Below, in pieces: positions 38,765 through 49,397 of a stretch of DNA of 64,000 nucleotides. Within the stretch, counting starts at the first letter, position 1. The number at the start of each line of letters is the position of its first letter. The notes beneath the pieces are model-generated. The model worked only from the letters and a program-made list of their open reading frames with translations, was not told where the DNA came from and ran no database searches. Both the position numbers and the translations under genes were made by a program. Where the stretch lies: positions 2,666,001 through 2,730,000 of the forward strand of contig NEEC01000009.1 of the NCBI GenBank assembly GCA_002189035.1, in the 5' to 3' direction. The stretch comes from Utricularia gibba (lineage: Eukaryota; Plantae; Magnoliophyta).

Positions 38765-39529
38765 TCATGCACGACCGGGGTTCGCAATCGATCGTCGGGC
38801 TTTGGCAGCGGTTTCGCGCTTGCAGTTGAAGTAGAGGGCGGCGACAGGGAACCCCAGGTCGTTTTCTCTAGCGAAATCCCTCGTGTTGAAGCCATCCCGA
38901 CAGGCGGGAACTTTTCCGGCGAGCCCTCTCTTCTTCTGCTCGAACAGCAGGAACGCGTAGCGGTGGATCCCGATGCACGGCCTCGGCATTTCGTAGCTCA
39001 GCAGTTCCTTCCCTGGGAGGGGGCCAGGGTTACCGCACAGCCCAGCTCAAGCTAAAATATAAGGTTTAGGCGTACCGAAGGAGGAGTCCGTGGAGCCAGG
39101 GATGTCGGTGACCAGCCTGAAGAGTCGAGTTTCAGAAGAATCTTGAAGGTTCTAAGCGTTCCAAACAAATCAAAATAGCTTACCAATGCAGGTGCTCCTT
39201 TAGATAGGGATCACTAGGGTTAGGAAAATCAGGATCTGTCATGATCTGATCCAAAAAAATAAATACAAATAGACAAAAAAAAAGCCTCATATTATCAAAA
39301 AATGCAGAAACCCATGATATTATACCAAGGTGAAGGATGATCTCATGTCAGCACCATGAATCTGGACCCTTGGTTTAGATTTCACGGTGGATGGGACGAT
39401 CTCATGCCCATTCCGAACCATCCGGTCGGCGGCGTAGCTCACGGACAGTTTCACAGAAGGTATGAAGTCATCGACAATGTCTCCGATCACATGTCCGATC
39501 ACGAGGGAGTCGGAGCGCAGGTGAGCCAT
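38765..39529 (-). CDS. CEN: PEBP family CEN/TFL1-like floral repressor, 184 aa; exons 39529-39326, 39245-39184 (62 bp), 39116-39076 (41 bp), 39012-38765
   Basis: Canonical 62 and 41 bp inner exons of FT/TFL1 genes; EHLHW (TFL1-type His, not FT Tyr); GIHRY; segment B ending RDGFNTR. Confidence 0.88.
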
Positions 39530-40163
39530 GGAGACACTTAATAGGAGGAAGGCGCTGAACAAGCTCTGGTTGAGGTACTCAATGCATGCAAGCAAGCGAC
39601 TTTATAGGAGGAGCTTGGAGAAGTATGATTTGACATTTTCTCTGAAGCATATTTGTTTTAAAAGGTGCTGCGAAATGCTTGAGAACTGTCATAGTTATAC
39701 TGGATTACGAGTCTTTGGGAAGATGCTCCTGGTGTGGTTTCAGCTCTTAGGATGATCCTTTGAGTGAGTTAAAGACACAGCAGCACCTTCTGCTGTCTGA
39801 TCTAACTACGAAGCGTGAGGCGCCTGAAATTCAAGAGCTGGCTGACAATCTGCAAATGGGATCTAAATTTTAGGTTCTTGGAGTTTCAGTCAAACAATTT
39901 GGACTAGAACACAAGTGAGCCACACATTTTGATGTCCAAGTAGTTCCCTAACGGGCCCTTCACTTACCCACATGTTTTGATGTCCAAGAGGTTCCCTAAT
40001 ATGCAAATAGTAAACCCATCTGAGCCCTCAAGTTTTGATGTAATCAAATGTTTTGATATCATGTTGAAATTAAAAATTTAAAAAATTAAACGATCATATG
40101 TAAAATTAAAATACATAAAAAATATATATCATATTAAAAAAAATTATATACGATAAATTAATA

Positions 40164-40166
<3 letters not shown>

Positions 40167-40240
<74 letters not shown>
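40167..40240. repeat. (AT)37 microsatellite
   Basis: Direct reading. Confidence 0.97.
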
Positions 40241-40242
<2 letters not shown>

Positions 40243-42485
40243 CAATTTTATTTGTGTATGTATGATTATTTGCTCTAATACATTCGACTGGCCTCGTCAT
40301 GGTGGCTGCCGGAATCAGCATCCCGAAACGGCGCCGTAGAGCGCCATGGATCGGCCCCGACGCCCGATCTCTCCGTTGTCTGCGATGGCGCCGTACGTGA
40401 GGCGATCGGAAGCCCCTGGTGCTAGGACAGGATCAACCACTCTACCGACAGGACTCAGAGTAGCTGGCGGTATGGCTGCATCTCCCTCTGTGGGCTTCTT
40501 TCTGAGCAAACCCTCTGCAACTGCGATTGGGATTGCTCCTGAATATATAATCTTAAAATAATTGAGTTAATAAATAATTTTATAATTTTTTATTCTACCC
40601 GAAATTGCGATAAAGAACACACGTCTAAATAAAACTTTTTTAAAAAAACACATTATTGAAAATATTGATGTGTAGTATGTTATTGGTATTTTTAATGTGA
40701 AATTACCAAATTACACATATCCCAAGTCAACTAGTGGTAGCCAATGTTGAAAAGAACTTGTTTAAGCATTATAATTCCCTATTCATCAAGCAACCACACG
40801 AAGTTTGACTCACCACAGTCAACTACACCAGTCATGACATAATCGACATTTTCGAGTAATATTTTAAATTTCGATGAAATTTTTCGAAATAAAATATTTT
40901 AAAATTTACTTAAATTTTATTTTTTTTAGATTCAACAGTTGAATTTCCGAAATCTGAAATCACAAAATCTATTCATGCAGATACCTATTACATCATTTTC
41001 TGAATTGGTTTTCTTTGATTTTTGAAAATTTTAATTTACTTCATAAATTATTTAATTTCTCATATCTCTATTTTAGCGTTTAGATAAGAGATTAATTAGA
41101 ATAATTATATTATTTACTTTTTATTTATTCTAAAAATATATTTATATCATAATATTAAATTTTACAATAATTTGATATATTAAACTTTATAATAATCCTA
41201 CAAAACAGTTTTGTAATCTCAGAATTGATCTATTATAAATCACATAACATAACACGTACGTATGGTGCAGAAAAGTCAGCTTCGAAAAAAGTCAACGCGG
41301 TGCATAATAAAACAATATATTATTAAACTAGGAAAGCGGAGGAGGGGCTACCGTCCGGTCCGGTAAACCAATGAGCGTTGACTAACTAAACAATAATTAA
41401 ATTTAATTAATTACAGTTTTGGGTTGGTTCAGATGTCGCGATTGCGCGTTTCCGGAAATAGATAATATTGATAGGATGACAGGGAGCCTAACCCGACACA
41501 CACTCTGCCGATCACAAAAAAACAAACCCGAATTATTCCAAACAGTGACCGATAAATATAGAAATTCATGTGGATATGCATGGAAAGTCATATAGTACTT
41601 CATGTTGAGTGCAATTATGAATATTCTATTCAGAAAAGGGCGTTTTGGTCATTTCACCTGACCGAAACCGCTCATTGTTTTCTACATGCTATGGGATTGG
41701 ATTGGATTAATGGTTTTATTTTGATCCATTTGATTCTTAATTTTGATGATCGTATCGGATAATTAGATTATTTTTTTCGATTTTATATAATGTTACCACA
41801 TTGTAATGGAGATTATCTCTTGCAGATAAAATAGTTTTATTATAATATTCGTTGATAATAAATATATGATGATATTATGTTTGATCGATCATGACGCAAT
41901 CATGAAAGTGTGTATGCATCTCCAAATTTGTGGTGTGGTAAAAATTATGATTTGATGATGAAAATCAATCTTATCATTTTGATATCAATGTAACTTGGGA
42001 ACTCATTTTATTATATGGTAAAATAAGGAAAATTAATATATATTCGATTTTCAATAACTAAAATAATTATAGTGGAATTCGAAAATATTGGAAATAAAAT
42101 ATAAGTAGTATGTCAAGATTCGATTATAGTAATGAAGGCTAAACATGTCATTTTAGTAAAGGATAGAGACTTTTGGTTGACTTCCGTTTTTGCAAAAACT
42201 GAATTTGGATCTCCTTTTTATTGCGTTTTTATTGGAGTAAAATTCAAAGATATTTCAATATTGGAATTTTTTATTTTTATTTTTGGATTTTGAATAATGT
42301 GATGTTGTGCGTATTTACAAAAATGTCACCCATCGGGTTCTATTAATTTGAAATTGAGCGTTTAGCGACTTGAAGAAAATTAATAATTGAAGCCTATAAG
42401 GTGAAGGCCCAATTTGCCGACTGGGGGAGCTCCGGAATTGACCGGCGACCAGACAGCGTGTGCGACGTGTGAACGGGGGGATGGG

Positions 42486-43723
42486 ATGGACTCCGCCCCT
42501 ATTTCTTCAACTTTTCAGGGATCGGGATTAATGGCAAATTCAATTCAAACCCAAGAGGCGTCATCGTCGTCGTCGTCGTCGTCGTTCATGTGTTCTTTCA
42601 GGGGGAATACCGCCGGCGAGGATCAGCACCGGCGCGGAGGTGCGATTCTCGGTGCCGTGCCGCAGGATATAATCCGGATGCAGATTCTGGATAGAGTAGA
42701 CGGGTCTAGTCTGGCGGCCGCCGCCTGCGTCTCCAGGGAGCTGCGGTCGCTCTGCGGGGAGGAAGTGCTCTGGCGCCGGCTTTGTAATTCAACGTGGCCG
42801 TCCACCGCGGACGCCCGCGTGGCAGAGGTAATCGCCGCCTTCCCGTCCGGATACCGATCCTTCTACTCCGATGCTTATCCGGAGGCTGGATGCCGGAGGC
42901 CGGGGGCGGTTTCGGCGGCCCGTGGATTGATCTCCGCGGTGGATATTTATGTCGACGGGAGATGGGTTTATTCGAAGGTTCTTGAAACGGAAACGGTTTC
43001 TTCCTGGTTCCGAAACTCTCCGCTTATCGTAGACCTCTTCGATCAGAAGGAGGCTCCGGCGAGTCTGGTCCTTCCTACGGAGCTTCTATCGGGGGCAGAG
43101 GGTCGCCTGAGTTTGAGCTGGATTCTGATTGACCCATCAACAAAACGGGCGATCAACGTGGCTAATCACAAGGCGGTGGAGGTAAGACGGAGCTTGTTGG
43201 ACACGGATACCTACGCCGACACTCAGTTCCGTTACTCAAACGTCATCGAAAGCGGCGGAGATGAGATGGTGGAGTGCGCCGTGACGATCACGTGCCGCGG
43301 CGACGGCTCCCAGAAAGAGCGACTCCGACAGGTAAACTTCTCTAATAATCAAGAGTTCTGGGGTCCAAACACGAACACAATAAATAAATGGGTGGAAAAT
43401 CGAATTATGTGAATTCATTCACCATACTAAAGTTAAACCCGCCCTTCCATTGTAATATGCAGGTGAGCTTACAATTTCAAGACATGGAGGGTAAAATCCT
43501 GGCCGGAAAGGAGTGTCTGAGGATCGTGAGGGAGGCGATGGGCGGCGGGCGGAGGAAGAGGCGGTGCGGCGGCGAGGAGTACGAGACATTTGTGAGGAGG
43601 AAGGAGAGGAAACGAGAGAAGAAGATGGAGGCGGAGAAGAGACTGGAGATGGTGATCATCGTGGCCGTAGAAATCGCGGTGTTCGTCGCCGTCTGGAGGC
43701 ATGTTCTCTGGTGGTGGTGGTGA
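42486..43723 (+). CDS. F-box protein, At2g27310-like family with C-terminal TM; exons 42486(or 42531)-43331 and 43463-43723
   Basis: ILDRVDGSSLAAAACVS...LWRRLCNSTWPS, FYSDAYP, LISAVDIY, LSWILIDP, RQ|VSLQFQDMEGKIL.G.ECL; 131-nt phase-0 GT-AG intron. Confidence 0.88.
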
Positions 43724-44561
43724 GGTGATCCAGAGAGACACACACACATACACCCACTTGTAAGTGTTGATTAAAAAAATGAGACACCAATTTATTTCTT
43801 AAAATGACGTTAGAAAAGAAAGCAGACGCCCCTTTTTCATCATATTTTAAATAATATCAAATCATCGTGAGTATAATAATAATAATACCTTTTAACTTGG
43901 GCTGCACGCCAGATCAGCATATCTGCGTCCCCTCTAAATTTCGATCGCGACATCCTTCTACCGGAAGAGAGGATGAGGGTGATACTGGAGAGATGCTCAA
44001 TGCGGAAGAATGAAGCAAGGGTTTTCGATGGATCCACAGATAAGAAAGGGCTCAACAGGGGAGGGAAGAGGGATATATGAAAAAGCTGAAGCTTCTTTCT
44101 GTTGGCAGGAAATTAGGATGGGGAAAGACAAGAAAGAGGATTCATGATTCGATGGTAAATGGCAGATCAAGATGCTTTCGCGAGGCTGGAGTGGAAGTAT
44201 GATACCAAAACAGAGATGAGGGTTTACCCTTGTGATGGACTGAGTGAATGAGGAAAGTGATTTGGTGGAAGCTGGAACCAGAGAGTGAAGATGATGACCA
44301 AAGATCTTGAAACACATTCTTGCATCAAGATCATCTGAAGAATAGTTAGATAGCCTGAGCAACATATGGCTTTTATTATCCAAGGACAATAACTACAAAG
44401 TCTTTGCATATCCTTATTCCTGGGAATCTGCATAGTTATCTATACCAGTTTAGTTTCAGCAACAATTCGACTGACGAACCGAGAAACAGGGGCTCGAAAC
44501 CTTACCGAAATCAGAAGTGCTTCGTTTCCATTTGGGGAAAAGGTACTGGACATTTCATATT

Positions 44562-45760
44562 TCAGGCGATGCTCTTCCCAAACAGGCTCTTGCGTATCTG
44601 AAGCATAACAAGAAGAACGTTAGGTTTTACTATGCCAACAGTTACTTAACTGAAAAAGGTGCTACTTTGGGACTAAACATCATACAAGTTGTTTGTGACG
44701 CATACCTCAGGCAGCTTTTTACGGAACACGACTTCCAATCTGGCATCAAGACTGTTCTCGTACACGATTTTCCCATCCCTAGATGCCAAAACCACGCCTC
44801 CAGAACTACAGGGTAAAGAAACAAGAATCAACTTTTAACTCATATGGCTCTCTCCCTGCCGAACTACCTTCAATGAGCAATTACAATTCTTTCTGAAAAC
44901 TAGTAAGTTCAGGCGTTCACAGGATTCTTCTTACCAGGAAGGGCCATGATCGTTGTCTGACGAAGGGGCTGGTGGAAGGTTCACTCCATCGACTATGATT
45001 TCAGGGGTATGGACATTTGCCTTCCCAGCATACTCATCTTTGGCTCGCTGCAGGATTGACTCTACCAATGATATATCCTCTTTACGACACCGCAGCAATA
45101 CAGAGGGCTCTCTGAGCCTCAGCAGACCCTGAGACGCACAGATGCATGTTTATTTCTAATCGAACCAAAGCACTTATGCTTGAAGAATCCACAATTTACA
45201 CCGATGTCGAGCACCCTAAAAAGTAGCAACCTGAACAACAAGATCCTTGAGAAGATGCCGGTAGCTGTCTTGGTCGCCACTAACCTTCAGCAGCTCATTA
45301 GATGCAGCATCCTTCATTTCGTTGACTAAATCATCCTGTGCTTGAAGAACTCTTAGTCGAGAGGCATTCAATTGCATTGAGTAGTCACTGTGGACAGCAC
45401 GCAAATCGATACATTCAGAAATCAGCGATCATGAGAAATGCACAGATCAACATAATCGGAAAACAGCGTTCAATTGAAAACCTTACATTTTCTTCCGCAC
45501 TTCGACTTGCTTATCTTTCCGCTCGTACTCTTGCTTGATCTTCTTCTTCTCAGCTTCCACTAGCTGCAGCTTCTCGATATTGAATTCCTACAACGAAACG
45601 AAGAGAATCCGTTCAGATCCTTAAACAAACCCCGATTCTGATGGCGGCAGATTCTGACTTCTTCAGCGGAGACGGAAATCTCGTTGGCTTTCTCCTCCGC
45701 CTCCTGGCGGATGAAGCGGACCATCTGGTGGATCTGCTTGGAGACATCGACGTCGTTCAT
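44562..45760 (-). CDS. VHA-E: V-type H+-ATPase subunit E, 6 exons
   Basis: MNDVDVSKQIHQMVRFIRQEAEEKANEISVSAEE|EFNIEKLQLVEAEK, IDYSMQLNASR, CSGGVVLASRDGKI, KKLPE|IRKSLFG. Confidence 0.96.
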
Positions 45761-46346
45761 CTTCGGATCGGAATCAAGTCCCCTTGGAATCGCAAATTCT
45801 CCCCACGACGGCAAGAAAGGGGAAGGTAAAGGTAGTCGATCACTCGGAGTCGCTAGCACGTTCTAAATATATACAAATGCCCCTTTTTGGGCGGAGAATA
45901 CGTGTCCGTTTTAATCCGAAATGGGCCCTTTTTCCTTTTATTAAATCCAATATATTCCGCATATTTTTCATAAAATCCTGGTCTGACTTGATCATTTTTT
46001 AGGATATTATTTTTTTATTTAAATATGTTCATATCTCCATGTATAACTAATGTGAAATATTATCTAAATATATTATCATTAAATAATAAATAATAAATAT
46101 ATATATTATTGTTTATAAGTGAAGTTATTTGTTTCAATGTACATATTTATAAAATGAAATTTATTTTATTTAATTATCGTATATATTATTTTTATATTGA
46201 AAAAATGATTTCATTTTATATCACGTAAAATACATTCCAAAATCCAAAACACCGCTTCCTCGTAAGGTGTTATTATTCATAGAAGTCGAAGGTGTCATTT
46301 TTTATTCCCGTGATAAATAAACGTAGTGCACAACGTGCTGCGCGCT

Positions 46347-46805
46347 TCATGGGCACGAGGAGTTCGGGTATTGACAATTATGCAGAGGGTTGGGCCCTCC
46401 CGGAACCTCCCTAAGCTCCCGCATCGCCCTCAAAATCTCTTCATCGTAACTCGGAACCTCCTTCGCCTCCTCCAACAACTGTTCGCTCCATTTACGAGGA
46501 TATGAAAAATAAGCTCGAGGTTCTCAGGAATTTTCGCTATCAAATACAGGCGAAGATCATGTAAATTGTTTGCATATTACCTGGGAATGAAGAAGCTGCA
46601 CCTTGTGTACGTCTCTGGTGCAGTCTGCAAGTAACATTCGAAATTAGCGAAAGTGCGGGAATCAAATCGGAAAAAAAAATGATGATCGATCGGAACGGGC
46701 GGTTTCCGTTCAGGTGGTGATTCGATTCCACTGACCGGCGACGTTGGTGAAGACGAGGCTGATTAGAACGAGGAGGCAGACAGCGGCGGCGGCCTTGGAA
46801 ATCAT
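46347..46805 (-). CDS. Divergent CLV3-type CLE peptide precursor, 81 aa; exons 46805-46736, 46624-46581, 46478-46347; CLE motif REVPGGPNPLHN
   Basis: MISKAAAAVCLLVLISLVFTNVA|DCTRDVHKVQLLHSQ|LLEEAKEVPSYDEEILRAMRELREVPGGPNPLHNCQYPNSSCP*; signal peptide; GT-AG introns in phases 1 and 0; not in the ORF track. Confidence 0.85.
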
Positions 46806-47399
46806 ATTAACCGCCATTTTAATCCAAATCGGTGCTTTCAGATGAACTGCGCGTCGGGATATTTATAGACTGAAAAATATCCCGAATAACGGTAAATTGA
46901 ATGCGCTGTAATGTTTTCTTATTTTCAAAATATTTTCAACGTTGATGGCGAATCTGGGAAACGGATGGTAAATTCAAAAAAAAAGATATTTTTAATAAAT
47001 ACGAAAATTGCCGCATTCGTATTCGCAAAATTAGTAATTCAACATTTTTTTAAATAAATTAACACGAATATCCAATGAAATAAATACATGACAAATTACT
47101 ATATTGACCAAAAAATAAATATGGCAATTTTTAAGTAGTAGGGTGTGAGGTTTTGGTAAGGAGAAATAACTCCGTAAGATTCACCTTTTTTGGTCGATCA
47201 TTTACAAAAGCGGTTATAGATTATATATTTTAAAATAAATAATAAAATTAATTAAAATTAATATTAAAATTCACCTGTTGAGTGGGACCCATGAAATTTG
47301 TATGACAGTTGTGTTTGTGGGAGGGTGGTTGATTAGGTCTTAATCGGCGCTATGGTTGGGGAGCTTGGGCAACAAGGGCTGATCATGGTGGTGCCGTAG

Positions 47400-47950
47400 G
47401 CAGCGGCGATGGCGTTTTCTTCTTGCGGGAGAAGGCCGTGGGTCGAATCGAGCTTGGGCCGCCTTTCTAGTGGCAAGGTGTTTGAACGCATTGAATCGGA
47501 TTCGGAATTAAGCGTGGGTTCCCTTTGATGTCGCCATCCTTGAGGCATCACCGTGCGACCTTCTTCTCATGTGATGGTGGGGACGGCGGTTGCTGACATG
47601 TATTCGGAATGGGGTGCCTTTGATTTGGGTAAGATTATTATTTGATCACATGCGTTTGGCAGCAGTGGTTTCATGGAATGCGGTGGGGTGAGTTTGAAGA
47701 AGCAGTTAACATGTTCGATGAAATGCCCGACAAGCAATTTCAACATGCTGCTATCGAATATTTTATGAAGCCATTGGAGGTTTGGTTGGTGCGGGAGATA
47801 TGAGGATGAAGATGAAGGCTCATGAGGTGCAAAAGAAACCAGGAGTGGCGTCATTTAGCAGGGGATAAATATCATCCTGACACCGTTTGCGTTCACTTTG
47901 TTCTGAATCACCTGTTGGGTGAACTTAGACAACTTGCCTTCCTGCATGGC
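47400..47950 (+). pseudogene. Degenerate PLS-class (E/E+) pentatricopeptide repeat relic
   Basis: Fragments in shifting frames: VGTAVADMYSEWG, FDHMRLAAVVSWNA, GEFEEAVNMFDEMP, MKMKAHEVQKKPGVASF (E motif), AGDKYHPD (E+); stops and large deletions. Confidence 0.7.
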
Positions 47951-48025
47951 ACTACTACTGTCAAAACAAATCCTAATCCTAGAAAGTTTTCTGCTGCGGG
48001 TGCCAGATGCAGAACAGTTAGTCCC

Positions 48026-48482
48026 TCATGGAACTCCTGGCTTCTGAGGATCCTGTCCAGCATGGTGCAACGGGTCAGGCCCTGCCGGAACTGTCCTCAG
48101 CTTTGAGCCCTCTGCAATCTCCTTGTTCAAACCTCCACCATAACGGCTCTTCAAAGCCATCTTCCTCACTTCCAAGAGCAACTGAAAGGTGTACGCACCA
48201 TTAGGTCCCATATGCGCGTACAAAGAGTAAGTAACATTTTTTTTTTTTTTGTCTAATGCACGTCCTCCATTATTACCTCCCACGCAGAGCTTGCAGCTTG
48301 TCCACACTCCTGCTGCACTCTGTGATAACAACATCATTACATCTTGTATAAAATAAGAAATGCTCTCATGTTTTTAACACAGATAGCTAACCAGCAGCCT
48401 CACTGAGGAAGAAGAAGCAGACCAGCACCATCAACAAACAAGGAGCAGCAACCACAAAACCAGAACCCCCGTTTCTCGCCAT
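48026..48482 (-). CDS. CLV3: CLAVATA3 orthologue, 96 aa if one C is restored at 48279-48281; exons 48482-48392, 48319-48277, 48181-48026; CLE motif RTVPAGPDPLHH
   Basis: Signal peptide MARNGGSGFVVAAPCLLMVLVCFFFLSEAA, three-exon CLV3 layout, KLRTVPAGPDPLHHAGQDPQKPGVP* tail like eudicot CLV3, TATAAAT at 48533-48539. Confidence 0.85.
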
Positions 48483-49397
48483 TGGAACAACCTGAGACAC
48501 TGCGTAGAGGCCAAGCCACGAGGGAGGACGCATTTATAATGGGAGGAGGAAGCAACAAAAGAAGTTGGGGAGAAGGAATGATTGCATGAAGCAGCCATTT
48601 CCAAGTGAGTTCAGGGGCTATGAAATGACACAGAGGGTTTTTTTAGCACAAAAGAAGGGGGACTGAGGAAACGTTAATGATCATCCACTATTGGGCGTGG
48701 ATTGCTTTCTGGTCGGCGCCGTTCAGGAATGGATGGGCCGGGGGACTGTCACATGACATGGATGACGTCGTTGCTATGAGTTCTGAGGCATATGCACATT
48801 GCCACTGCAGTTGCTTCCTGCCTAACGGTCATGTCATAGGGATCTCCTTTCGCCCCGAAAAGGAGTTGCGTACTTTTATACAAATATATTAGATATTTTT
48901 AATACTTTTTTTAAAAAAATATTTATTTTTTATTTTTAAAATTTTTTCTGAAACGACATCACCTATAGTCGTCCACCGTGCCGTACATCAAGCGCCAGTG
49001 GGACAAAAGGTATGATGGAGACTGGTGAATAACAAAAACTTTCTCATACCTTGTAAATGTATAAGAAAATGATATATCTAGGAGGGCATTGTAACATATA
49101 ATTAATGATTTTGAATTATTTGTATTTAATAAATATATATTTAAAATTATATTTTATTTAGAATATATGTATAAATTAATAGCTTTTAAAAATATTTTTA
49201 AAGAATTTATGTGAATATTTTATAAAATAACACGTGAATTAGAAGATCTCTGCGTCTGCGCCGCCTTGCTGTTCTTGTGCTTGAAAATTTGTGCGTCGGG
49301 AGAAAAAATCCAAGAAATCGTTGATTCTTTGGGAAGCGTGCAGATTTGGATTCGGTTGGGGTTGGGGTCGATCGTCAGAGCTTCTGTTGCTGGTAGT

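Noticed and set aside
39921-39999. Two-copy 30-bp repeat (TTTTGATGTCCAAG..GTTCCCTAA) upstream of CEN
   Set aside because: Only two copies with one spacer; simple local duplication, not CRISPR-like and no evident function.
40106-40321. ORF with IYIYIY run
   Set aside because: Translation of the (AT)n microsatellite.
44160-44182. Possible miR172-like sequence
   Set aside because: Does not match the mature AGAAUCUUGAUGAUGCUGCAU closely and no hairpin partner found.
48540-48598. Upstream ATG for CLV3
   Set aside because: Lies 5' of the TATA box and runs out of frame into a stop; ATG 48482 gives the signal peptide.
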